From NCBI RefSeq assembly GCF_003018255.1, contig NZ_CP027440.1: a DNA stretch of 64,000 bases; one strand, written 5' to 3'. Numbering within the stretch: position 1 is the first letter of the stretch; every line of letters begins with the position of its first letter. Positions 1-10,716 of the stretch are shown in pieces. The notes under the pieces were generated by a model. The model made no database searches. It saw nothing but the letters and a program-made list of their open reading frames with translations, and was not told the DNA's origin. The position numbers were made by a program, and so were the translations under genes. Source of the stretch: Escherichia coli (GTDB lineage: Bacteria; Pseudomonadota; Gammaproteobacteria; Enterobacterales; Enterobacteriaceae).

Positions 1-277
<277 letters not shown>

Positions 278-455
278 TTACAAATCTCTGCCTGAGTCCA
301 GAAAGGCTTAATGCATCAGCAGCATTCCTCGCCTGTTTGCAACCGCGTAAGGTCATTCATCTGCATATGTGCTGCAACAATCTGGCGAGCAGACAAGCAC
401 ACTCCCATGAGACGCAGCGCGCGTTATTCTACGTGAAAACGGATTAAACGGCAGG

Positions 456-2396
456 TTAAACCGAGTATCTTTGTGAATATTTTTTCACGTTAGTATCAAG
501 TGGCTGTGAGGACGCGAAAAAATCCCCTTGCCCACCTGTAACACCGCGCTGAATCAGGGTCTGCCACTCGCTTCGCGAACGCACGCCGGTGGCGTAAACC
601 TGGGTGCTGGTCCCGGAGCAGGCTTCCACCAGGCTTTGAACCAGCAGCTGATTCTCCGTTCGCTTCTCAATGTTTCTGACCAGCCCCGGATGGAGCTTGA
701 GTAACTCAACATTAAGTTCTTTGATCCAACTGGTGCTTACCAGCGTCAAACCAGCCTGGTTGACGGCTACCCGTACCCCTAAAGCATTCACTAAACGAAT
801 AACAGGTTGTAAGCGACTGATATGTTGACCAACATCGGCCTCTGCAAGTTCAATAATTATGCGTCTTCGTTGCGATTTTTCACATTGCATTAACGTATCG
901 CGCAGCCAACGCTGAAAACGCGGGCGAATCAGCGACTCAACGGTAACCTGAATCGCCAGATTTTCCTCTGGCCAGTAACGCAATAGTGGAATAAGACGGC
1001 TGATTAGCAGGCGGTCATACTCTTCCGATAAACCAAACTGCAAGACCATCGGCATATACTCTGCCGAGCTAACCTCTTCATTACCATCGAAGATGCGGCA
1101 CATGAGTTCACGATGATGAACCCGGCCTTCGCGAGTAACCGCCGGTTTTTGATAAAGGCGCGGGCCGCCGCGACTGAGCATTTGCTCGATAAGCGTACGC
1201 CAGCGAACATTACCGCGTCCTTTTTCAGGCAACGAGTCATCGTAAATAGCCCAGCTATTGCCGCCCTGCAATCCCGCATTACGCGTGGCAGACTCTGCAT
1301 GTTCCATTACCTGCTCGGTATCCTGACCACTACGCCAGGCACAGATACCAATGTGGATCATATCGTCGCGATCGAGCATTTTATTGTTCGGCAAGGTATC
1401 GACGGCTTTGATTAACTGACTGGCGATGCTCTCTGCCTCTTTTAACGTCCGGTGCGGTAACAGCGCAGCAAAATCACTGCGGTGGTAACGCGCCAGCAGT
1501 GCGCCAGGGTAGCGCATCATAAATGTCGATAGCAGATTCGTCAGAGAGAAGAACTGTTCTTCAACCTGGCTGTGCCCCCAGGTATCACTCAACATATTGA
1601 AATCCGGCAGACGAATCATCATCACGATCCCGTGGGTACCTACTTTCTCTTGATCTTCCAGTAACGTTGCTAACTGATTATCGAAAAAGAGTCGGTTATT
1701 GAGGCCGGTTTTCATGTCCTGGGCGGCATAAGAGCGGATCAGCGTATCAAGACGGCTGTGTTGTTCGCGTGCGTTCTGAATTTCACAAAGCAGCGTATCC
1801 AGCGCACTGCTGGTTCTGGGCGGCCATTCATAGATGGTTCCCAACACATTAGAGCCACGCTCACCGTTTAAGATACGAGTAGCCCGGGTTTCCAGCAATT
1901 CTTGCCCGGCAAGTTGCCGTTGTAACCAGCGTACCGCCAGGAAGAGCATAAGAATGATAAAGCCAATCGCCCCCGTGAGCGGCGCGGTAGTCATTAAAGA
2001 ATGGAAATAGTTGCCCATCGGATCCTGATAAACCAGACGCAGCGACATCCCCGGATGCTTTATCAACGGAACGCTCAGTTCACGAAACAGATCGTTGGTG
2101 CCAACCGGACGATAACTACCATTTCTGGCCAGGGTATAAACCTGCTTATCACCATGGAGCAGGTCTACACGAACGATATCTGCCGACATCATTAATTCGG
2201 TAATTTGTGGCCTTAATGTGCTGAAGTCATTCGACACTAGGTGGGTATCAATCGCCGTCGCCACCGCCTGAACACGATGACTAAACTTATACTGAATGGC
2301 GTTGTAGAAACTTAGCGAACAGCCCAGCAAAGTCACAAAAATTGTTAACCCGGTGAGCAGCGTGACAAAGGCCGAAAATTTCGTCGTTAATCTCAT
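456..2396 (-). CDS. csrD: CsrD (YhdA), membrane GGDEF/EAL-like regulator of CsrB/CsrC sRNA turnover
   Basis: 646-aa ORF; N-terminal hydrophobic segments; degenerate GGDEF motif reads HRSDF; recognised from translation. Confidence 0.93.
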   Translation of the reverse strand: MRLTTKFSAFVTLLTGLTIFVTLLGCSLSFYNAIQYKFSHRVQAVATAIDTHLVSNDFSTLRPQITELMMSADIVRVDLLHGDKQVYTLARNGSYRPVGTNDLFRELSVPLIKHPGMSLRLVYQDPMGNYFHSLMTTAPLTGAIGFIILMLFLAVRWLQRQLAGQELLETRATRILNGERGSNVLGTIYEWPPRTSSALDTLLCEIQNAREQHSRLDTLIRSYAAQDMKTGLNNRLFFDNQLATLLEDQEKVGTHGIVMMIRLPDFNMLSDTWGHSQVEEQFFSLTNLLSTFMMRYPGALLARYHRSDFAALLPHRTLKEAESIASQLIKAVDTLPNNKMLDRDDMIHIGICAWRSGQDTEQVMEHAESATRNAGLQGGNSWAIYDDSLPEKGRGNVRWRTLIEQMLSRGGPRLYQKPAVTREGRVHHRELMCRIFDGNEEVSSAEYMPMVLQFGLSEEYDRLLISRLIPLLRYWPEENLAIQVTVESLIRPRFQRWLRDTLMQCEKSQRRRIIIELAEADVGQHISRLQPVIRLVNALGVRVAVNQAGLTLVSTSWIKELNVELLKLHPGLVRNIEKRTENQLLVQSLVEACSGTSTQVYATGVRSRSEWQTLIQRGVTGGQGDFFASSQPLDTNVKKYSQRYSV

Positions 2397-2547
2397 CCTT
2401 GTGTTAACTCCGATAGTGAGGAAGCGGGCATACTAGCAAATCAGATTTATCTCGCAATTTATTGCGCTTCATCGGCTTTGCTTTTCCATTAGCGAGTATA
2501 GTCTTCAGAAATTATTTTCCAATCCATCATGCACATGAGGACCACTT

Positions 2548-3522
2548 ATGCAGGCGTTACTTTTAGAACAGCAGGACGGCAAAACTCTCGCATCAGTACA
2601 GACTCTGGACGAAAGTCGCCTGCCGGAAGGCGATGTCACGGTTGATGTTCACTGGTCGAGCCTGAACTACAAAGATGCGCTGGCGATTACCGGTAAGGGA
2701 AAAATCATCCGAAATTTTCCGATGATTCCTGGGATTGATTTTGCCGGAACTGTACGCACCAGCGAAGATCCGCGTTTTCATGCCGGTCAGGAGGTGTTAC
2801 TCACTGGCTGGGGCGTTGGTGAAAACCACTGGGGTGGGCTGGCGGAACAGGCGCGAGTGAAAGGTGACTGGCTGGTTGCCATGCCGCAAGGGCTGGACGC
2901 GCGTAAAGCAATGATTATCGGTACTGCCGGTTTTACCGCCATGCTGTGTGTGATGGCGCTGGAAGATGCCGGTGTTCGCCCGCAGGATGGGGAGGTTGTC
3001 GTGACGGGTGCCAGTGGTGGCGTCGGCAGTACCGCCGTCACGCTGCTGCATAAGTTGGGTTATCAGGTCGTTGCCGTTTCCGGTCGCGAAAGTACCCATG
3101 AATATCTGAAAAGTTTAGGTGCCAGCCGTATTCTTCCTCGCGATGAGTTTGCTGAATCCCGTCCTCTGGAAAAACAAGTCTGGGCTGGGGCAATTGACAC
3201 CGTTGGCGACAAAGTGCTGGCAAAAGTGCTGGCGCAAATGAATTACGGCGGCTGCGTGGCGGCCTGTGGTCTGGCGGGTGGTTTTACTCTGCCAACCACG
3301 GTCATGCCATTTATTCTGCGTAATGTCCGTTTGCAAGGGGTGGATTCAGTAATGACGCCACCAGCACGCCGCGCACAAGCCTGGCAGCGACTGGTCGCCG
3401 ATTTACCGGAATCATTCTATACCCAAGCGGCAAAAGAGATATCTCTGGCAGAGGCACCGAAGTTTGCCGAGGCCATCATTAATAACCAGATCCAGGGTCG
3501 CACGCTGGTGAAGGTTAACTAA
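2548..3522 (+). CDS. acuI: Acrylyl-CoA reductase AcuI (YhdH), MDR-family NADPH oxidoreductase
   Basis: 324-aa ORF; Rossmann motif VVTGASGGVGS; recognised from translation. Confidence 0.93.
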   Translation: MQALLLEQQDGKTLASVQTLDESRLPEGDVTVDVHWSSLNYKDALAITGKGKIIRNFPMIPGIDFAGTVRTSEDPRFHAGQEVLLTGWGVGENHWGGLAEQARVKGDWLVAMPQGLDARKAMIIGTAGFTAMLCVMALEDAGVRPQDGEVVVTGASGGVGSTAVTLLHKLGYQVVAVSGRESTHEYLKSLGASRILPRDEFAESRPLEKQVWAGAIDTVGDKVLAKVLAQMNYGGCVAACGLAGGFTLPTTVMPFILRNVRLQGVDSVMTPPARRAQAWQRLVADLPESFYTQAAKEISLAEAPKFAEAIINNQIQGRTLVKVN

Positions 3523-4189
3523 CCATTTAGCAGGGAATAATAAGAGAGGGAACTCATTTTGAAATCATTATTCAATCGGTTAACGGGAAAAGCGGTTAGC
3601 CGGACAGCTTTCGTCGAACATCTTGGTCATGAAGTTGTACAACATCATCCAAACTGGAAAGTCATGATTTCGACTGACCATAAATTGATGCGCATTGATG
3701 CTCCACCAAACAGCCATTATTGATACGCCTCCGTCGCCTGTTAGGTTTATGGTGTTTTGCCTTGGCGACGCTACGCTTAATCTGTTACTGATTTCTGGTA
3801 CCATGGGGGGAATAATCTGATTTTATTTGATTGCAAATTAACCACTTAAACCTATTGAATGCGGAACATTGTCAGTCGGTTAATTTTGCGTGCTTTAGCA
3901 TTCACATCTTTCCGGACGATGCAGTGAAAATTGCGTAATCCTCAGCAACCGCTGCGTAATGTCGTCTATCTTGTCGCGATCCTGGCATCCCTACATTATT
4001 TGTGGTCTGTGAAGATTATCTCATTGCAGCCCCTCATCTTCGCAGGGCTGGCTTTACAGCTTTTCACCCTACGTTATAAGAAGTTCCGTCGATGATGGCG
4101 CTAATTTCGTGAATTGTGCGGCTTGTTGCAAATTACACGGTGTTGAAGGTTATTTACATGTTAGCTGTTGATTATCTTCCCTGATAAGA

Positions 4190-4499
4190 CCAGTATTTAG
4201 CTGCCAATTGCTACGAAATCGTTATAATGTGCGACCTCGTCCTCCCTGACGCAGTTTTTGCGCTGCGGAAAAGGTGACATTGGCGCAACGAAGGTATATT
4301 TTGTTTTTTGCCGGAGGATAGCAGCAGATCGCTGCACAATGTCCGTCAAGTCTAACATTGACACTCTGGGGCAAAATAGACCGGCGTCCCGGCCTGCTGG
4401 AATTTATCGCTATGCATACAGCTGTCGGGGCATACGCTTTACAGACGGCGGTGAAACGCCTGTCACAATCACACTAAACAAAGAGTACGGAACCCACTC
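4190..4499 (+). promoter_or_regulatory. Putative accBC promoter and long untranslated leader
   Basis: Perfect TATAAT at 4223-4228 about 270 nt upstream of accB ATG; accBC is known to have a long leader; -35 not convincingly identified. Confidence 0.3.
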
Positions 4500-4970
4500 A
4501 TGGATATTCGTAAGATTAAAAAACTGATCGAGCTGGTTGAAGAATCAGGCATCTCCGAACTGGAAATTTCTGAAGGCGAAGAGTCAGTACGCATTAGCCG
4601 TGCAGCTCCTGCCGCAAGTTTCCCTGTGATGCAACAAGCTTACGCTGCACCAATGATGCAGCAGCCAGCTCAATCTAACGCAGCCGCTCCGGCGACCGTT
4701 CCTTCCATGGAAGCGCCAGCAGCAGCGGAAATCAGTGGTCACATCGTACGTTCCCCGATGGTTGGTACTTTCTACCGCACCCCAAGCCCGGACGCAAAAG
4801 CGTTCATCGAAGTGGGTCAGAAAGTCAACGTGGGCGATACCCTGTGCATCGTTGAAGCCATGAAAATGATGAACCAGATCGAAGCGGACAAATCCGGTAC
4901 CGTGAAAGCAATTCTGGTCGAAAGTGGACAACCGGTAGAATTTGACGAGCCGCTGGTCGTCATCGAGTAA
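4500..4970 (+). CDS. accB: Biotin carboxyl carrier protein of acetyl-CoA carboxylase
   Basis: 156-aa ORF; Ala/Pro-rich linker; biotinylation motif EAMKMMN. Confidence 0.97.
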
Positions 4971-4980
4971 CGAGGCGAAC

Positions 4981-6330
4981 ATGCTGGATAAAATTGTTAT
5001 TGCCAACCGCGGCGAGATTGCATTGCGTATTCTTCGTGCCTGTAAAGAACTGGGCATCAAGACTGTCGCTGTGCACTCCAGCGCGGATCGCGATCTAAAA
5101 CACGTATTACTGGCAGATGAAACGGTCTGTATCGGCCCTGCTCCGTCAGTAAAAAGTTATCTGAACATCCCGGCAATCATCAGCGCCGCTGAAATCACCG
5201 GCGCAGTAGCAATCCATCCGGGTTACGGCTTCCTCTCCGAGAACGCCAACTTTGCCGAGCAGGTTGAACGCTCCGGCTTTATCTTCATCGGCCCGAAAGC
5301 AGAAACCATTCGCCTGATGGGCGACAAAGTATCCGCAATCGCGGCGATGAAAAAAGCGGGCGTTCCTTGCGTACCGGGTTCTGACGGCCCGCTGGGCGAC
5401 GATATGGATAAAAACCGCGCCATTGCTAAACGCATTGGTTATCCGGTAATTATCAAAGCCTCCGGCGGCGGCGGCGGTCGCGGTATGCGCGTAGTGCGCG
5501 GCGACGCTGAACTGGCACAATCCATCTCCATGACCCGTGCGGAAGCGAAAGCTGCTTTCAGCAACGATATGGTTTACATGGAGAAATACCTGGAAAATCC
5601 TCGCCACGTCGAGATTCAGGTACTGGCTGACGGTCAGGGCAACGCTATCTATCTGGCGGAACGTGACTGCTCCATGCAGCGCCGCCACCAGAAAGTGGTC
5701 GAAGAAGCACCAGCACCGGGCATTACCCCGGAACTGCGTCGCTACATCGGCGAACGTTGCGCTAAAGCATGTGTTGATATCGGCTATCGCGGTGCGGGTA
5801 CTTTCGAGTTCCTGTTCGAAAACGGCGAGTTCTATTTCATCGAAATGAACACCCGTATTCAGGTAGAACACCCGGTTACTGAAATGATCACCGGCGTTGA
5901 CCTGATCAAAGAACAGCTGCGTATCGCTGCCGGTCAACCGCTGTCGATCAAGCAAGAAGAAGTTCACGTTCGCGGCCATGCGGTGGAATGCCGTATCAAC
6001 GCCGAAGATCCGAACACCTTCCTGCCAAGCCCGGGCAAAATCACCCGTTTCCACGCACCAGGCGGTTTTGGCGTGCGTTGGGAGTCTCATATCTACGCGG
6101 GCTACACCGTACCGCCGTACTATGACTCAATGATCGGTAAGCTGATTTGCTACGGTGAAAACCGTGACGTGGCGATTGCCCGCATGAAGAATGCGCTGCA
6201 GGAGCTGATCATCGACGGTATCAAAACCAACGTTGATCTGCAGATCCGCATCATGAATGACGAGAACTTCCAGCATGGTGGCACTAACATCCACTATCTG
6301 GAGAAAAAACTCGGTCTTCAGGAAAAATAA
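4981..6330 (+). CDS. accC: Biotin carboxylase subunit of acetyl-CoA carboxylase
   Basis: 449 aa from ATG 4981 ([16 protein letters not shown]); ORF-track start 4942 is an in-frame upstream extension into accB. Confidence 0.97.
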
Positions 6331-6346
6331 GACTGCAAAAGCGTCA

Positions 6347-6373
6347 AAAGGCCGGATTTTCCGGCCTTTTTTA
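6347..6373 (+). terminator. Rho-independent terminator after accC
   Basis: GGCCGG-ATTTT-CCGGCC hairpin followed by TTTTTT; positions checked against an overlapping ORF frame. Confidence 0.8.
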
Positions 6374-6438
6374 TTACTGGGGATCGACAACCCCCATAAG
6401 GTACAATCCCCGCTTTCTTCACCCATCAGGGACAAAAA

Positions 6439-6681
6439 ATGGACACTCGTTTTGTTCAGGCCCATAAAGAGGCGCGCTGGGCGCTGGGGCTGACCCTTTT
6501 GTATCTGGCGGTATGGTTAGTAGCCGCTTACTTACCTGGCGTTGCCCCCGGTTTTACCGGTTTTCCGCGCTGGTTTGAGATGGCCTGCATCCTGACGCCG
6601 CTGCTGTTTATTGGACTGTGCTGGGCGATGGTGAAATTTATCTATCGCGATATCCCACTGGAGGATGACGATGCAGCTTGA
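6439..6681 (+). CDS. yhdT: Small DUF997 membrane protein YhdT
   Basis: 80-aa ORF with two hydrophobic segments; 3' end overlaps panF start by 11 nt. Confidence 0.85.
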   Translation: MDTRFVQAHKEARWALGLTLLYLAVWLVAAYLPGVAPGFTGFPRWFEMACILTPLLFIGLCWAMVKFIYRDIPLEDDDAA

Positions 6682-8122
6682 AGTAATTCTACCGCTGGTC
6701 GCCTATCTGGTGGTGGTGTTCGGTATCTCTGTTTATGCGATGCGTAAACGGAGCACTGGCACCTTCCTTAATGAGTATTTCCTCGGCAGCCGCTCTATGG
6801 GCGGTATTGTGCTGGCGATGACGCTCACCGCGACCTATATCAGTGCCAGTTCGTTTATCGGCGGGCCTGGAGCTGCTTATAAATACGGCCTGGGCTGGGT
6901 ATTGCTGGCGATGATTCAGCTTCCTGCAGTCTGGCTTTCGCTCGGTATTCTCGGCAAGAAGTTCGCAATTCTTGCGCGCCGCTACAATGCGGTGACACTG
7001 AACGACATGCTGTTTGCCCGCTACCAGAGTCGTCTTTTGGTGTGGCTGGCGAGTTTGAGTTTGCTGGTCGCGTTTATTGGCGCGATGACCGTGCAGTTTA
7101 TCGGCGGCGCGCGCCTGCTGGAAACCGCGGCGGGTATTCCTTATGAAACCGGGCTGCTGATTTTCGGTATCAGCATTGCGTTGTATACCGCCTTTGGTGG
7201 CTTTCGCGCCAGCGTGCTGAACGACACTATGCAAGGGCTGGTGATGCTGATTGGCACCATTGTGCTGCTTATTGGCGTGGTACATGCCGCAGGTGGCTTA
7301 AGCAACGCAGTAGAGACGTTGCAAACCATCGATCCGCAACTGGTTACGCCACAAGGCGCTGACGATATTCTGTCGCCTGCCTTTATGACGTCGTTCTGGG
7401 TACTGGTGTGCTTTGGCGTGATTGGCCTGCCGCATACTGCGGTGCGCTGTATCTCTTATAAAGACAGCAAAGCCGTACATCGGGGGATCATCATCGGTAC
7501 GATTGTGGTCGCAATCCTGATGTTCGGTATGCACCTGGCCGGAGCGTTAGGTCGGGCGGTGATCCCCGATCTCACCGTACCGGACCTGGTGATCCCGACG
7601 TTAATGGTAAAAGTGTTGCCACCGTTTGCTGCCGGGATCTTCCTGGCTGCACCTATGGCTGCGATCATGTCGACAATTAACGCCCAACTGCTGCAAAGTT
7701 CCGCTACGATCATTAAAGATCTCTATCTGAATATCCGTCCGGATCAAATGCAAAACGAGACGCGTCTGAAGCGGATGTCGGCGGTAATTACGTTAGTTCT
7801 CGGTGCGTTGCTGCTGCTTGCCGCCTGGAAGCCGCCAGAAATGATCATCTGGCTGAATTTGCTGGCCTTCGGTGGGCTGGAAGCCGTTTTCCTGTGGCCG
7901 CTGGTACTGGGTCTTTACTGGGAACGCGCCAACGCCAAAGGCGCGCTAAGTGCGATGATTGTTGGCGGCGTACTGTATGCCGTACTCGCGACGCTGAATA
8001 TTCAGTACCTGGGCTTCCACCCTATCGTGCCCTCGTTACTACTAAGTTTGCTGGCTTTCCTGGTCGGAAACCGTTTCGGTACATCCGTCCCGCAAGCTAC
8101 CGTTTTGACTACTGATAAATAA
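6671..8122 (+). CDS. panF: Sodium/pantothenate symporter PanF (SSS family)
   Basis: 483 aa from ATG 6671 ([10 protein letters not shown]); multi-pass membrane protein recognised from translation. Confidence 0.95.
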
Positions 8123-8133
8123 AGAGTTTTGCC

Positions 8134-9015
8134 ATGCCTTGGATCCAACTGAAACTGAACACCACCGGCGCGAACGCGGAAGATCTTAGCGATGCGCTGA
8201 TGGAAGCGGGTGCCGTTTCTATCACTTTTCAGGATACCCACGATACGCCTGTGTTTGAGCCGCTGCCGGGCGAAACGCGCCTGTGGGGCGACACCGATGT
8301 GATTGGTCTGTTCGACGCTGAAACCGATATGAACGACGTGGTGGCGATTCTGGAAAACCATCCGCTGCTCGGCGCGGGCTTCGCGCATAAAATCGAACAA
8401 CTGGAAGATAAAGACTGGGAGCGCGAATGGATGGATAATTTCCACCCGATGCGCTTTGGTGAACGGCTGTGGATCTGCCCAAGCTGGCGTGATGTGCCGG
8501 ACGAAAACGCCGTCAACGTGATGTTAGATCCAGGGCTGGCGTTTGGTACGGGTACCCATCCAACTACCTCTCTGTGCCTGCAGTGGCTCGACAGCCTCGA
8601 TTTAACCGGTAAAACAGTCATCGACTTTGGCTGCGGTTCCGGCATTCTGGCTATCGCGGCGCTGAAACTGGGTGCAGCAAAAGCCATTGGTATTGATATT
8701 GATCCGCAGGCGATTCAGGCCAGCCGCGACAACGCGGAACGTAATGGCGTCTCTGACCGTCTGGAACTCTACTTACCGAAAGATCAGCCAGAAGAAATGA
8801 AAGCCGACGTGGTGGTCGCTAACATCCTTGCAGGCCCATTACGTGAACTGGCACCGTTAATCAGCGTCCTGCCAGTTTCAGGCGGTTTGCTGGGCCTTTC
8901 CGGTATTCTGGCAAGCCAGGCAGAGAGCGTTTGCGAAGCTTATGCCGACAGCTTCGCTCTGGACCCGGTCGTGGAAAAAGAAGAGTGGTGCCGCATTACC
9001 GGTCGTAAGAATTAA
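8134..9015 (+). CDS. prmA: Ribosomal protein L11 methyltransferase
   Basis: 293-aa ORF; SAM-binding motif DFGCGSGIL; recognised from translation. Confidence 0.96.
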
Positions 9016-9275
9016 CCTTCGCATCGCCGTAGGGTGACGCAGAGCGAAGTGCGAGCGATGTCACAAAAGGCACGTTAATTTGCCGATTATTTACGCAAAT
9101 TTGCGTGCCAAAATTTTCATTCATAAAGAAAAATTGAGAACTTACTCAAATTTCTTGGAGTGTAAATTTTAGTCACTATTTTCTAATATGATGATTTTTA
9201 TGAGTAATTATCGCGCCACGCTCATTTTAAATGCAATTCTTTGATCCATCTCAGAGGATTGGTCAAAGTTTGGCC

Positions 9276-9312
9276 TTTCATCTCGTGCAAAAAATGCGTA
9301 ATATACGCCGCC
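9276..9312 (+). promoter_or_regulatory. dusB-fis operon promoter (fis P)
   Basis: -35 TTTCAT (9276-9281), 17-bp spacer, -10 TAATAT (9299-9304), then GC-rich discriminator ACGCCGCC typical of stringently and growth-rate controlled promoters; positions checked against an ORF frame. Confidence 0.6.
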
Positions 9313-9343
9313 TTGCAGTCACAGTATGGTCATTTCTTAACTC

Positions 9344-10309
9344 ATGCGCATCGGACAATATCAGCTCAGAAATCGCCTGATCGCAGCGCCCATGGCTGGC
9401 ATTACAGACAGACCTTTTCGGACGTTGTGCTACGAGATGGGAGCCGGATTGACAGTATCCGAGATGATGTCTTCTAACCCTCAGGTTTGGGAAAGCGACA
9501 AATCTCGTTTACGGATGGTGCACATTGATGAACCCGGTATTCGCACCGTGCAAATTGCTGGTAGCGATCCGAAAGAAATGGCAGATGCAGCACGTATTAA
9601 CGTGGAAAGCGGTGCCCAGATTATTGATATCAATATGGGTTGCCCGGCTAAAAAAGTGAATCGCAAGCTCGCAGGTTCAGCCCTCTTGCAGTACCCGGAT
9701 GTCGTTAAATCGATCCTTACCGAGGTCGTCAATGCAGTGGACGTTCCTGTTACCCTGAAAATTCGCACTGGCTGGGCACCGGAACACCGTAACTGCGAAG
9801 AGATTGCCCAACTGGCTGAAGACTGTGGCATTCAGGCTCTGACCATTCATGGCCGTACACGCGCCTGTTTGTTCAATGGAGAAGCTGAGTACGACAGTAT
9901 TCGGGCAGTTAAGCAGAAAGTTTCCATTCCGGTTATCGCGAATGGCGACATTACTGACCCGCTTAAAGCCAGAGCTGTGCTCGACTATACAGGGGCGGAT
10001 GCCCTGATGATAGGCCGCGCAGCTCAGGGAAGACCCTGGATCTTTCGGGAAATCCAGCATTATCTGGACACTGGGGAGTTGCTGCCCCCGCTGCCTTTGG
10101 CAGAGGTTAAGCGCTTGCTTTGCGCGCACGTTCGGGAACTGCATGACTTTTATGGTCCGGCAAAAGGGTACCGAATTGCACGTAAACACGTTTCCTGGTA
10201 TCTCCAGGAACACGCTCCAAATGACCAGTTTCGGCGCACATTCAACGCTATTGAGGATGCCAGCGAACAGCTGGAGGCGTTGGAGGCATACTTCGAAAAT
10301 TTTGCGTAA
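9344..10309 (+). CDS. dusB: tRNA-dihydrouridine synthase B
   Basis: 321-aa ORF; TIM-barrel Dus family recognised from translation. Confidence 0.96.
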   Translation: MRIGQYQLRNRLIAAPMAGITDRPFRTLCYEMGAGLTVSEMMSSNPQVWESDKSRLRMVHIDEPGIRTVQIAGSDPKEMADAARINVESGAQIIDINMGCPAKKVNRKLAGSALLQYPDVVKSILTEVVNAVDVPVTLKIRTGWAPEHRNCEEIAQLAEDCGIQALTIHGRTRACLFNGEAEYDSIRAVKQKVSIPVIANGDITDPLKARAVLDYTGADALMIGRAAQGRPWIFREIQHYLDTGELLPPLPLAEVKRLLCAHVRELHDFYGPAKGYRIARKHVSWYLQEHAPNDQFRRTFNAIEDASEQLEALEAYFENFA

Positions 10310-10334
10310 ACAGAAATAAAGAGCTGACAGAACT

Positions 10335-10631
10335 ATGTTCGAACAACGCGTAAATTCTGACGTACTGACCGTTTCTACCGTTAACTCTCAGGATCAGGTA
10401 ACCCAAAAACCCCTGCGTGACTCGGTTAAACAGGCACTGAAGAACTATTTTGCTCAACTGAATGGTCAGGATGTGAATGACCTCTATGAGCTGGTACTGG
10501 CTGAAGTAGAACAGCCCCTGTTGGACATGGTGATGCAATACACCCGTGGTAACCAGACCCGTGCTGCGCTGATGATGGGCATCAACCGTGGTACGCTGCG
10601 TAAAAAATTGAAAAAATACGGCATGAACTAA
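10335..10631 (+). CDS. fis: Nucleoid-associated DNA-binding protein Fis
   Basis: 98-aa [101 protein letters not shown]. Confidence 0.98.
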
Positions 10632-10655
10632 TTCAGGTTAGCTAAATGCTTGATT

Positions 10656-10693
10656 AAAAAGGCGCTACTCGGCATGGGGAAGCGCCTTTTTTA
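10656..10693 (+). terminator. Rho-independent terminator after fis
   Basis: GGCGCT...AGCGCC inverted repeat followed by TTTTTT. Confidence 0.75.
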
Positions 10694-10716
10694 TAGGTGT
10701 CACAAAGGGAGTGACC

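Noticed and set aside
4258-4527. 89-aa TTG-initiated ORF overlapping the accB start
   Set aside because: It lies in the accBC leader, has no convincing ribosome-binding site, and overlaps accB out of frame.
5146-6090. 314-aa antisense ORF inside accC, and similar long antisense or out-of-frame ORFs within acrF, secY and the ribosomal-protein genes (for example 43523-44149, 49283-50338, 50547-51182)
   Set aside because: Each is fully embedded in a confidently identified gene on the other strand or frame; no independent signal supports them.
9016-9060. Possible REP-like palindrome or terminator just after prmA
   Set aside because: Only a 6-bp imperfect inverted repeat with a 27-nt loop and no T-run; no match to the REP consensus I can recall.
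9241-9477. 78-aa TTG-initiated ORF spanning the fis promoter and dusB start
   Set aside because: It runs through the -35/-10 hexamers of the dusB-fis promoter and out of frame into dusB.
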